In this document: in pieces, positions 44,031 to 57,500 of the stretch
Position numbering within the stretch: position 1 is the first letter of the stretch
How the letters are laid out: each line of letters begins with the position of its first letter
DNA from: Eledone cirrhosa
Taxonomy: Eukaryota
NCBI GenBank assembly: GCA_964016885.1
Contig: OZ024741.1
Location: 24,614,001-24,678,000 of the forward strand
Direction of reading: 5' to 3'
DNA: 64,000 nucleotides
Translations under genes and position numbers: made by a program
Notes under the pieces: model-generated
What the model was told of the DNA's origin: nothing
Database searches by the model: none
The model's input: the letters and a program-made list of their open reading frames with translations, nothing else

Positions 44031-47000
44031 GTTTCTTTTATTTGCCACAAGGGCATCAAAAGTGGGACAAGTACAAAGGGGGGAGTTTACAAAACAAGGC
44101 GTCCTCAATAAGGAGGAGGCAATAACAAAATATAAAAATAAAATAAAATATAACAGAATAAAATATATATCAAAATCCTCAATAGAGAGGAGGCGCCTTG
44201 GGGTCGCACACACCCCCGAAAAAAGTGTGCAACCCTTTTCCTCAGGAGCACAGAGAAGGGGTGCTCCCTTGGTCTTTCATCTTCCTCACCTATAGTCTGA
44301 TGTAGAGTGAAGGCCCATTCACACAGGCCATTCTCGCCACTTTCACCCATCTTTCATAAAAACGGCTGGGGTGCAGCACCTCTCTCTCCATCCTGATCCT
44401 TCTTCCGAAATGATATCGGAAGAAACGGACCAGTTGTTGGCCAGAGAGAAAGGTGTCTGACCTCAGTCCTTTCAGACGCCTCCACCATACAACCTCTTTC
44501 GCCATGGCTATTACGCACAGAAACACCGCCTCTCCTTCGTTTTTGAAGAGGGGAGGCGGCTTGATCGTTACAATAGACTCAGTGGTCAACCGGATCGGTC
44601 CCACCCTTGACAGCAGTTGTTCGACATAGCCCCACAGATCGGCAATGCCCGAACAGTGTACCAATGCGTGTGCAACGGTTTCCTCGTCGCACACGCATCT
44701 GGGACAGATCTTTTTCGAGGGGTCCCTACCCGGGCGCCCGTGTCTGTAGAGCCTTTCTCGAATGGGCAGAGCCCTTCTGTAGCACTGCCAGGCCAGGGAC
44801 CTCTGGAAGTTATCCATGGGTCCCGAGCTGAATGTCCTACCGAACAGGTTGGCCAGTTCGTCTTCCTCCATGCCTATGACGGACGCTATATAAGTGTTCG
44901 CCACCTCCGCCCGACCTTTCAGGGACAGTTTGCACTCGGCCCACTTCTGGGTCAGTGCAAACACCCTGTTCGTTACCTCACCCCAGTTCTTCTCCACCTG
45001 GAGGTCTGGTCCGAACCAGACCCCGAGCAATTCACCGGGTCCTCCGTCCAGCGCCTGACGACGCCATCGGAGGGCATCGATCTGCCCCTCCACGTGCCGA
45101 GTTGCAGACCGATCGACTTGTCCCGGTTCAGCTTAGCCCCTGTAAACCTTTCGTACTCCTCCAGTAAGGTGCTGATCGCCCCGATTTCGGAGGCCGTCGA
45201 CACCATTACTGTTACGTCGTCGGCGTAGGCCGACACTGCTTTCCGCAATCCCGGTTCCAATGGGATGCCCTGCAACAACTCCAACTTCCGCAGCAGTGGC
45301 TCTAGAGTCATTACATACAGAAGGGAGGAGAGAGGGTACCCCTGTCGGATGGACCGCACGATTTCGAACGGCTCCGAGAGGTAGCCGTTCACCTTGACTC
45401 TAGAGCAGATGCGGCTGCTGTGCATGACATTGACCCAGCCCCTGAAAACGGGTCCGAAGCCTGCCGCCGCTAGCACCGCATCCAGGTAACCATGGTCGAC
45501 CCTATCGAATGCCTTAGATTGATCCAAGTTGATCAGGGCCCCACCAAAGCCGGGTTCATTCCCAACCCTCTCTATGATGTATCGCATGAGGTGGAGGTTG
45601 TCGTGGATGAACCTGGACGGGATAGCACATGTCTGCGCATCTCCCACCAGGTTGCCCACGACACGCGCCAACCTCTTTGCTAGCACCTTGGCCAAAATCT
45701 GTAACTCTGTATTTAGCAGAGTTATGGGCCTGAATTTATATCGTCCCCCTTGTTCTCATCCTTCCTCACTAGTGTGACTACGCCCTTGGTCACAGCACAG
45801 GGAATTCTCCCGTTCTGTTGCCAGTTGCAGTAGACCGCCTCGAGGAGATCGGGGAACAAGTCCGGCATAGCTAGATATAGTTCGTATGGAAGACCATCGA
45901 GATCCGGGGATTTGCGTTTGCCGCATTGGCTCAGCACGTCCTCTATCTCAGCGGCTGAAATCGGCTCCTCGCAGGACTTCGCCTCCCTGTCCGAGAGACG
46001 CGGCAGGCCGTTGAGGTATGGACCGAAGTCCACATCCCCAACCGGCTCCCCGCCCCTTCCGAACAATCCGGCAAAGTGCTTTTGAAAAGCCTCGCACATC
46101 TGCTTAGGTTCAAGGATCACCCGTCCATCCTGGTCTCGCAAAGACCGGATAGTGGATCTGCTCCCTCTTTTGGCTTCTGTCACGCGGGCCCAGCTAACAG
46201 CTTTGGTCCCCTCGTTTCCCAGAGCACGTATTTTGCTTCGGACGATGCAGCCTTCGTGTTTCGCGTCGAAGAACTGGCCCAGGGCCGTTCTCGACGCTAG
46301 CACTCTGGCCACGTCGCCGCTTCTAATTGCCTCTTCTACACTATCTACCAACTCCCTTTCCTTCCTATTTCTATTTGAGGCTAACTCCTTACTAAATTCT
46401 ATAGAGACTACTCTAATCTCTCTTTTGAGAGATCCCCACCACCTGCTGTTGACGATGGCGCCCGTCAACCGCTCCTTAACTAAAGTGCTAATCCGGTCCC
46501 TGTAAGCCTTACTTGCCGGTAAGGACAAGTTGAGCTTCCAGTAACCGGGTTCCTGTCTATGAGTTCTGTCAAGGTTGACCATGCAGGTCACTAACTTGTG
46601 GTCTGAATAGCCAACCATGCGCATTTCTGGACAACTTAAAAAGTCATCCTTAATTCTAAGAACCTATCTAGGTACGACCTAGATGATCCGCTACGATTTG
46701 CCCAAGTCCAGGTTGGCGCAGTCGGAAAATCTAGTCGATATCTATCGGCCAGATCAAATCGACCGATTAACCCTTTGAGGCTATTACACCCCTCTCTATC
46801 GGGACAGGCCCCTACGTAGTCCCAGCGTGCATCTAGGATACCATTCCAGTCCCCCACTAATAGCAAGGAGCGGGACGTCCCTAGAAAAGTCTCCAGATGA
46901 TGGAAGAAGTCCGGCCGCATTGACCCGAAAGGGCCGTAGGCGGCTACCAACCTAAACGCTCCGCCTTCACCACTGCCAAGGTCCAGAACCACTAGTCGAC

Positions 47001-47274
47001 CCTCCGGGTCCAAATGTACCATCTGTGTTGCGAGACCCAGATGTTTTTGCAGCAGAACGACAACCCCACCTCCACCTCCGGGCTGACAGAGAGATGCGTG
47101 CATCTCAAAGTCATCAAAGGTGGGGGCCAGCTGTCGCACGTTGCTGATCCGGGCCTCGCAAATAACCATCACATCTATACATTGTGATCTGAGGTCATTT
47201 AGAAGCATTGCTTGCTTCCAAGTTGAGCCCAGGCCACGCGCATTTAAACAGCCTACTCTTAGCATAGCCATGAT
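44031..47274 (-). mobile_element. Tx1/L1-clade LINE, ORF2 plus 3'UTR, frameshifted with an internal deletion
   Basis: EN MLRVGCLNARG..GDWN..SYLDR..YSDH; GYWKLN; RT DQSKAFDRVDH, RQG.PLS, YADD; C-terminal CCHC CPRC..ETVAHALVHC; ends AATAAAAGAAAC then (AT)n. Confidence 0.9.
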
Positions 47275-50200
47275 GGCCACATTACAGCGTGGACTGTGTT
47301 TTTTTTCTCGTGACACCTACACGATCTCGATCTCATTATCTCATTTATTTGGACTGGATGTTGTGGTACCAACTTTATAGAGAGGGGGTGGTGTTGGTGG
47401 GAGTGGGAGGATAGGGTAGGGGTAGTGGATTGGGGTGTATATTTGGTTAAGAGGTCCCTACTGACTGTAGGTTTCGCTCTGTACATAAGCAAGGCGGGTC
47501 TTCTGTATTACTGCGTAGTGCCAAAGATCTCGGTCCAGTGACATTGTCTCAGAGAGGTGCAAGTGTGTAAGGTCGGAATTTATCAGATTGTCCCAGGTTT
47601 TTCTGGGTCTACCTACTCCGTAACTACCATCAATTTTGATCGCCCTGCACTTTTTTATACAGCTGTCGTCTTTCATGCGCATCACGTGGCCATACCAACG
47701 TAGTCTTCTCTCGAGTAAACAGCATCTGATCCCTCTTATTCCTAATTTCTCACTTAGTTCATTTATGCTTTGCCGTTCACGTATATTACTATTACACATC
47801 CAACGGAGCATGCATGCTTCGTTCCTTTCCAGTCTACGCAGGTCCTCTGCATGCAATGCCCATGTCTCACTGCCATGTAGCATTGCTGTTCGTATACAAG
47901 CATCATACAATCTGCCTTTCATTTTTAGAGAGAAACCTTTTGTGGCCAACAGCGGTATAAGCTCTCTGAACTTTTTCCATCCAGTTCTGACTCTAACTAC
48001 TGTACTTTCAGAACACCCTCCACCACTGCTGATTTCGTCACCCAGGTAACGGAAAGTGTCTACTATTTTTATAGAACCATCTGGGCAATAGAAGGGGCTA
48101 GTATCCTGTGGACACTTGCTACCTATTGCACCTGAGCATCGGCCACATATAAAGTCTACATTCTTAGATAGTTTACCTGTGATCACATTACATCTTTTAT
48201 ATACCCATACTTTGCATTTGGGACATAAAATTGAATTTCTGCCTACTCCTTTCCTACACACTGAGCATGGCCATTTCCCTGAGGGTACCTGTGCCTTATT
48301 TTCCTTTCTACAAACTAGGACTTTAGTCTTAGACAAGTTAACTTTAAGGCCTTTTGATTCTAGGCCATGCTTCCATGTTTGGAATTTCTTTTCTAGTTTA
48401 GCCATTGATTCAGCTATGAGCGTTAGATCATCTGCGTATAGGAGTTCCCATGGGCAGCCGGTCTTGAACTCCTCTGTTATAGCCTGAAGAGCAATAATAA
48501 ATAGGAGGGGGCTAAGGACAATTGTTCATTGTTAATTCTAACCTTACTGACTGGTTCATTATACATAGCTTGTATAGCTCTCACAAGTCATTCATCTACA
48601 CCTAGTTTTCTAAGAGCCCACCAGATAATGGAGCGGGGGACTCTGTAAAAGGCTTTTTCCAGGTCTACAAAAGCTAAGTAGAGGGATTTACTTTTAGCTA
48701 GGTACTTCTCTTGTAGTTGTCATACAAGGAAAAGAGCGTCTGTGGTACTTTTACCTGACACAAACCCAAACTGCATTTCATCTAGATCAATTCGCTCTCT
48801 GATTAGTTGCGCTATAACTCTTTCTGTGACCTTCATGATCTGGTCAACTAACTTAATGCCTCTATAGTTTCTTCTATCTAGAGCATCTCCTTTACCCTTG
48901 TAGCAGTTAATGATGATGCTGCTACGCCAGTCTTTTGGTATGACCCCATTCTGTATTACGTGGTTAACTATATGGGTGACCATAGTATGTCCCACCATTC
49001 CAGATGCCTTCAACATCTCAGCAACTATCTCCGAAGGCCCAGCTGCTTTGCCTGTCTTCATATCTTTAATTGCCTTACTTATTATACTACTTTTAACTTG
49101 CACCGCTGGTCCTTCTATTGGATCGATTTGGGGCAGACTATCTTTTTCCCACTTATTCTCCTCATTTAATAGTCTCTCGTAGTGACACTTCCAGGCTATC
49201 TTCTTATCAGCATCAGTGAGGGCAAGTACACCGTTATCATTACGGACACACTTCTCCCCGACAATATCACGGTTTTCCTTGACACATTGTCTAGCAATCC
49301 TGAACACCTTGTTTTTGGTCCTCGCATCGTAGAACATGCTTGAACTTTCTATCCTCTGCTTCCCTTTTTGCAAGGTACACTTGTCTCCTAGCTTTTCTCC
49401 TGGCCACTTGATAGTGCTCTCTACTTCCCCCATCCTGCCATACTTTCCAAGCCTGCTTTTTGGCCTTGATTGTCTCTTCTACCTTACTGTTCCACCACCA
49501 AGTCACTCTCCTCCTGCCAATAGGTCTGCTCCAGCCACAGATTTCATCCGTTGCTTTCAGCAGGTTCACTTTCAAGAATTGCCACTGTTCCTCTATATCG
49601 CACATCTCTAATTGCTCTTCCTTATTGTCAAAGGCATCAAGTAATAAGCTTTTAAATTTGTCACTGGCTATGGGGTCCTTCAATTTCCATATTCTTCTCC
49701 TCAAGGTAGGCCTCCTCTATCGTCGAGTACGTCTATTTCTGACTGTGAGGTCACTAACTACTAGGCTATGTTGGGAGGTGCATTCTTCACGTGGGAGGGA
49801 TTTAGTGTTTACAACAGACACTTTGTCCCGTCTTCTAGTAAGGATATAATCTATCTGGCTGGCGTGTTCCCCTGATCTATAGGTGATAAAGTGGTTTTCA
49901 CGTTTTTTGAAGTTTGTGTTACAGATAGTTAGGATATTGGCGTCACAGAATTCCAGGATTCTGAAGCCTTCCTCATTTCTAATTCCAACCCCATAGCCTC
50001 CATGGATTCCGTCATAGCCATCACTATGTTGTCCAACATGGGCGTTTAGATCGCCAGCAATAATTAGGTAGTCGCTGTCGGTTATTTGGAAGGTAGTGAG
50101 CATCAGTGTCTCATAGAACCTGTCCTTTATAACGTCAAGTAGACCAGATTGGGGTGCATAAGCGGATATTATTGTCACAGTAGTTTTATTTAGAACTAGT

Positions 50201-50296
50201 CTTAATTCAATTATTCTGTCATTCACTCTATTTACGTCAATTACCTTATCTACCCGTTTTTCGGCTAACATAATTCCTACTCCACCCAGTCTGTTG
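47275..50296 (-). mobile_element. RTE-clade LINE of a related subfamily, frameshifted, 5'-truncated and missing its 3' tail
   Basis: ORF pieces 49717-50325, 49291-49704, 48720-49433 and 47458-48405 are homologous to copy 1, including the PHD finger. Confidence 0.92.
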
Positions 50297-50534
50297 TATA
50301 TATAAATAACTATGGTTAGTAACATGTAACTATATATATAAAACTATGGTTAGTAACATACAAGTTAATATCACCTATGTAACTATATATATATATATAT
50401 ATAAATATATGGTTATATAATAAAAAAAATAATAATAATAATGAAAATATTGTGTACGGTGCTCAGGTGCACTACAACTCATCAAGTTAGTAACATTTAA
50501 GTTAATATCACCTATGTAACTATATATATATATA

Positions 50535-50870
50535 GGCACATGGATTAGTGGTTAGAGCATTGGCCTTGCAATCGAAAGGTTGTGAGTTCAATTCTCAGAC
50601 TGGGTGATGTGTCGTTTCCTTGAGCAAGACACTTTATTTCACATTGCTCCAGTTTACTCAGCTGTAGAAATGAGATGATAGGGACTGGGGTACCTATCAT
50701 TCCACTGCAAAGTTGTCGTGGAGGTGCCACGGCAAAAGAAAGCACCCAGCACTCACTGTAAATGAGGTTGGTGTTAGGAAGGGCATCCAGCTGTAGAAAT
50801 CAAGCTAGAATCAGTTCGCATCCCACCCTTTCAAACAGGGAAAAAGCGGACGTAAAATGGAATGAATGAA
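50535..50870 (+). mobile_element. tRNA-derived SINE, family B (CORE-like body, RTE-derived 3' tail)
   Basis: Head GGCACATGGATTAGTGGTTAG...GAGTTCAATTC; TCCTTGAGCAAGACACTTT; tail GGTTGGTGTTAGGAAGGGCATCCAGCTGTAGAAA shared with the RTE 3'UTR. Copies at 4302-4632 (-) and 53820-53980 (+). Confidence 0.85.
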
Positions 50871-50920
50871 AATAAAACTATGGTTAGTAACATGTAACTG
50901 TATATATATATAACTATGGT

Positions 50921-53790
50921 TTCAAAAAACGTGACAATCACCTGATCACCTATAGATCCGGGGAACACACAAGCCAGGTAGATTATATCCTTACCAGAAG
51001 ACGTGACAGAGTGTCTGTTGTTAACACTAAATCCCTCCCCCATGAAGAATGCACCTCCCAACATAGACTGATAATTAGCGACCTCATAGTCAGGACGAGA
51101 CGTACTCGACAACAGAAGAGGACTATCCTCAGGAGGAAAATATGGAAGCTAAAGGACCCCACAGCCAGGAATAAATTTCAAAGCATATTACTTGATGCTT
51201 TCGACAGTAAGGAAGAACATTTAGAGTCGGACAATATAGAGGGAGAGTGGGAATTTCTGAAAGCAAACCTGCTGTTGGCGACAGACGAAGTCTGTGGCTG
51301 GAGCAGGCCTGTAGGCAGGAGGAGAGTAACATGGTGGTGGAACAGTAAGGTGGAGGGGTCAATTAAGGCCAAAAAGCAGGCTTGGAAAGTATGGCGGGAT
51401 GGGGGAAGTAGAGAGGACTATCAAGTGGCCAGGAGGGAAGCTAGGAGACAAGTGTACTTAGCAAGAAGGGAAGCTGAGGAAAGAAAGTTCAAGCATGTTC
51501 TACAACGCGATGACCAAAAACGTGAGGTGTTCAGGATTGCTAGGCAATGCGTCAAGGAAAACCGTGATATTGTCGGGGAGAAGTGTGTACTAAACGACGA
51601 TGGCACACTTGCCATCACCGACGCTGATAAGAAGGTAGCTTGGAAGTGTCACTATGAAAGGCTACTAAATGAGGAGAATAATTGGGAGAAGGGCAGTCTC
51701 CCCCATATCGACCCAATAGAGGGACCAGCAGTGTTAGTCGAGGGGAGTATAATAAGTAAGGCAATCAAGGATATGAAGACGGGTAAGGCGGCTGGGCCTT
51801 CGGAAATAGTTGCTGAGATGCTGAAGGCATCTGGCACGGTGGGACACACCATGGTCACCCGCATAGTTAACCAAGTCGTACAGAATGGGGTTGTTCCGAA
51901 GGACTGGCATAGCAGCATCATCGTTAACTGTTATAAGGGTAAAGGAGACGCCCTAGATAGGAGTAACTATAGAGGCATTAAATTAATCGACCAGGTCATG
52001 AAGGTCACGGAAAAAGTAATAGCGCAACTAATCAGAGAGAGAATTGACCTAGATGAAATGCAGTTCGGGTTTGTGTCAGGCAAAAGTACCACAGACGCTC
52101 TTTTCATAGTACGACAACTACAGGAGAAGTACCTAGCTAAAGGTAAACCCCTCTACTTAGCTTTTGTCGACTTGGAGAAAGCCTTCGACAGAGTCCCCCG
52201 CTCCATTATCTGGTGGGCTCTTAGAAAACTAGGCGTTGACGAATGGCTTGTGAGGGCTATACAAGCCATGTATAAAGAAACAGTCAGCAAGGTTAGAATT
52301 AACAACGAATATAGTGAAGAGTTTAGCGTAAAAGTTGGCGTCCATCAGGGCTCTGTTCTCAGCCCACTACTATTTATTATTGCCCTTCAGGCTATAACAG
52401 AGGAGTTCAAGACAGGCTGCCCATGGGAACTCCTATACGCAGACGACCTGACACTCATAGCGGAATCAATGGCCGAGCTAGAGAAGAAATTCCAAACATG
52501 GAAGCACGGCCTAGAGTCAAAAGAACTTAAAATTAACCTGGCTAAGACCAAAGTACTAGTTTGTAGGAAAGAAAACAAGGCGGCGGTCCCTTCTGGGAAA
52601 TGGTCGTGCTCGGTGTGTAGGAAAGGCGTAGGTAGAAACTCCATTTTATGTCCTAAATGCAAAGTATGGGTGCATAAAAGATGTAGTGGGATCACAGGTA
52701 AGCTAACTAAGAACATAGATTTTACATGTGGCCGGTGCTCTGGTGCAATAAGTAGCAGCAAGTGCCCACAAAATACTAGCTCTTTCAATTGCGCAGAGGG
52801 TTCTATAGAAATAGTGGACAGCTTCCGTTACCTGGGCGATAAAATCAGCAGTGGGGGAGGGTGCTCTGAAAGTACTGTAGCTAGAGTCAGAACTGGTTGG
52901 AAAAAGTTCAGAGAGCTTATACCACTATTAGCTGCTAAAGGGTTCTCACTAAAAATGAAAGGCAGGTTGTACGATGCCTGCATACGAACAGCAATGCTGC
53001 ATGGCAGTGAGACCTGGGCATTGTGTGCAGAGGATATACGCAGACTAGAGAGGAACGAAGCTTGCATGCTCCGCTGGATGTGTAACAGTAATATACGTGA
53101 ACGGCAAAGCATAAACGAACTAAGGAAAAAATTAGAGATAAGAGGGATCAGATGTTGTTTACTCGAGAGAAGGCTACGTTGGTATGGACACGTGATGCGC
53201 ATGAAAGTCGATAGCTGTATAACAAAGTACAGGGCAATAAAGATAGACGGTAGCCACGGAATAGGCAGACCTAGAAAAACCTGGGACGAGCTGATAAACT
53301 CCGACATCACACACTTACACCTCTCCAAGACAATGTCACTGGACCGAGACCTTTGGCGGTACTCAGTAACAGAGAAGACCCGCCTTACCTAAATATATAG
53401 TAAAACCTACTCCAGCCAGTAGGCATCTCTAACAAAATACACCCCGTCCCACCACCCCCGCCCCCACCCCATCCACACCACCCCGTTCTATGTAAAGTTA
53501 TGTTGGTGCCGCGCCATCGAGGCCGAAACAAATGAGATCGTGTAGGTGTCACGACAAAAAAACACACAGTCCACGCTGTAATGTGGCCGTGTAGGCAACA
53601 CGGTAAAAACCTCCCAGACCCACACTGTAAATGTGGTTGGTGTTAGGAAGGGCATCCAACTGTAGAAAACCTGCCAGACAGTCCTATGCGAGCAAGACAA
53701 TCACTCTTGCCTCAAGTGGGACTACCCCCGTCCAAACCCATGCAAGCGTGGAACACGGACGTTAAACGTTGATGATGATGATGATGATGA
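50921..53790 (+). mobile_element. RTE-clade LINE, 5'-truncated copy 2, nearly identical to copy 1
   Basis: ORF 51011-53392 matches copy 1 with few substitutions and has an intact C-terminus; same 3'UTR and (GAT)n tail; probable TSD ATGGTT (50916-50921 and 53790-53795). Confidence 0.95.
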
Positions 53791-54526
53791 TGGTTAGTAA
53801 CATATAAATTAATATCATCCATGTGGTTAGAGCATTGGCCTTACAATCGAAAGGTTGTGAGCAAGAAGCTTTATGTCACATTGCTCCAGTTTACTCAGTT
53901 GTAGAAATCAAGCCAGAATCAGTTCCCGTCCCACCCTTGCAAGCAGGGAAAAGCGGATGTAAAATGATGATGATGATGATGTAACTATATATATATATAT
54001 ATAGAGAGAGAGAAAAAAAACTATTTGTTACTAGCATGTAAGTCATCTTAAAAAATAATTGATTGAAAATAAAATTGTTTAAAAAATGTTAAATAATCAT
54101 CAGAAATTGATTTACAGCAGTTTTTACACTGTTTCTCTTATTTTCCATCTCCTATTAATATTCCAATCACATCTAAGATGTTAGGAATATTAAATCAATC
54201 ATAGTACATGATTGGTACTTTATTTTATTTACTACAAAAAGATAAGACAAAGTTGATCTTGGTAAGATTTGAACTCACAACATCAACAGTTATAACTAAA
54301 TACCACAACTACTATGTATGTCAACACTTTATAAATTCTACCAATCTATAGCCTGGTAATTTTGTATATGGTTTATTGTAACACAATATATGTCATTTGT
54401 TTGGTTTATATAAACATACATCATATGGCCATTGTTTCAGGTTAACGAGAGTTTACAATCTTCAATTTCACCATCTTAGTTTTAATTCTCAATAGGATTA
54501 TCCCAAGTCTATTTATATACACACCA

Positions 54527-57500
54527 TATATATATATACTCTCTTAGTCAGGTATATATACTCTCTCAGTCAGGTATATATACTCTCTCAGTCAGGTATA
54601 TATACTCTCTCAGTCAGGTATATATATACTCTCTCAGTCAGATATATATATATATACTCTCTCAGTCAGGTATATATATTCTCTCAGTCATATATATATA
54701 TATATATACTCTCTCAGTCAGGTATATATATACTCTCTCAGTCAGATATATATATATACTCTCTCAGTCAGGTATATATATTCTCTCAGTCAGGTATATA
54801 TACTCTCTCAGTCAGGTATATATAATCTCTCAGTCAGATATATATATATACTCTCTTAGTCAGGTATATATACTCTCAGTCAGGTATATATACTCTCTCA
54901 GTCAGGTATATATATATACTCTCTCAGTCAGATATATATACTCTCTCAGTCAGGTATATATATATACTCTCTCAGTCAGGTATATATACTCTCTCAGTCA
55001 GGTATATATACTCTCTCAGTCAGGTATATATATACTCTCTCAGTCAGATATATATACTCTCTCAGTCAGGTATATATACTCTCTGTCAGGTATATATACT
55101 CTCTCAGTCAGGTATATATACTCTCTCAGTCAGGTATATATATATATACTCTCTCAGTCAGGTATATATACTCTCTCCGTCAGGTATATATATACTCTCT
55201 CAGTCAGGTATATATATACTCTCTCAGTCAGGTATATATATATATACTCTCTTAGTCAGGTATATATACACTCTCTCAGTCAGTTATATATATACTCTCT
55301 CAGTCAGGTATATATACTCTCTCAGTCAGGTATATATACTCTCTCAGTCAGGTATATATACTCTCTCAGTCAGGTATATATACTCTCTCAGTCAGGTATA
55401 TATACTCTCTCAGTCAGGTATATATACTCTCTCAGTCAGGTATATATACTCTCTCAGTCAGGTATATATACTCTCTCAGTCAGGTATATATACTCTCTCA
55501 GTCAGGTATATATACTCTCTCAGTCAGGTATATATATATATACTCTCTTAGTCAGGTATATATACTCTCTCAGTCAGGTATATATATATATACTCTCTTA
55601 GTCAGGTATATATACTCTCTCAGTCAGGTATATATATATATACTCTCTCAGTCAGGTATATATACTCTCTCAGTCAGGTATATATACTCTCTCAGTCAGG
55701 TATATATACTCTTTCAGTCAGGTATATATACTCTCTCAGTCAGGTATATATATATATACTCTCTTAGTCAGGTATATATACTCTCTCAGTCAGGTATATA
55801 TACTCTCTCAGTCAGGTATATATATATATACTCTCTCAGTCAGGTATATATATACTCTCTCAGTCAGGTATATATACTCTCTCAGTCAGGTATATATATA
55901 TATACTCTCTCAGTCAGGTATATATATATATATACTCTCTTAGTCAGGTATATATACACTCTCTCAGTCAGTTATATATATACTCTCTCAGTCAGGTATA
56001 TATACTCTCTCAGTCAGGTATATATATATATACTCTCTCAGTCAGGTATATATATATATATACTCTCTCAGTCAGGTATATATACTCTCTCAGTCAGGTA
56101 TATATACTCTCTCAGTCAGGTATATATATATATATATATACTCTCTCAGTCAGGTATATATACTCTCTCAGTCAGGTATATATACTCTCTTAGTCAGGTA
56201 TATATACTCTCTCAGTCAGGTATATATACTCTCTCAGTCAGGTATATATAATCTCTTAGTCAGGTATATATACTCTCTCAGTCAGATATATATATATACT
56301 CTCTTAGTCAGGTATATATACTCTCTCAGTCAGGTATATATACTCTCTCTGTCAGGTATATATATATATACTCTCTTAGTCAGGTATATATACTCTCTCA
56401 GTCAGGTATATATAATCTCTCAGTCAGGTATATATACTCTCTCAGTCAGGTATATATACACTCTCTCAGTCAGATATATATACTCTCTCAGTCAGGTATA
56501 TATATATACTCTCTCAGTCAGGTATATATATTCTCTCAGTCAGATATATATACTCTCTCAGTCAGGTATATATATATACTCTCTCAGTCAGGTATATATA
56601 TACTCTCTCAGTCAGGTATATATACTCTCTCAGTCAGGTATATATATATATATACTCTCTCAGTCAGGTATATATATATACTCTCTCAGTCAGGTATATA
56701 TACTCTCTGTCAGGTATATATACTCTCTCAGTCAGGTATAAATACTCTCTCAGTCAGGTATATATATATATACTCTCTCAGTCAGGTATATATAATCTCT
56801 CAGTCAGGTATATATATATACTCTCTCAGTCAGGTATATATATACTCTCACAGTCAGGTATATATATATATACTCTCTTAGTCAGGTATATATACACTCT
56901 CTCAGTCAGTTATATATATACTCTCTCAGTCAGATATATATATATACTCTCTCAGTCAGGTATATATACTCTCTCAGTCAGGTATATATACTCTCTCAGT
57001 CAGGTATATATAATCTCTTAGTCAGGTATATATATATATATACTCTCTCAGTCAGGTATATATACTCTCTCAGTCAGGTATATATACTCTCTCAGTCAGG
57101 TATATATACTCTCTCAGTCAGGTATATATACTCTCTCAGTCAGGTATATACTCTTTCAGTCAGGTATCTATACTCTCTCAGTCAGGTATATATACTCTCT
57201 CAGTCAGGTATATATATACTCTCTCAGTCAGGTATATATACTCTCTCAGTCAGGTATATATACTCTCTCAGTCAGGTATATATACTCTCTCAGTCAGGTA
57301 TATATATACTCTCTCAGTCAGGTATATATACTCTCTCAGTCAGATATATATATATATACTCTCTTAGTCAGGTATATATATATACTCTCTCAGTCAGGTA
57401 TATATATACTCTCTCAGTCAGATATATATATATACTCTCTCAGTCAGGTATATATACTCTCTCAGTCAGGTATATATACTCTCTCAGTCAGGTATATATA

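Larger units (their letters stand above)
41853..54000. repeat. AT-rich minisatellite of about 50-60 bp (ACTATGGTTAGTAACATATAGTTAATATCACCTATGTAAC(TA)n), split by nested transposon insertions
   Basis: Units at 41853-42221, 43559-44030, 50297-50534, 50875-50921 and 53790-54000. Confidence 0.85.
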
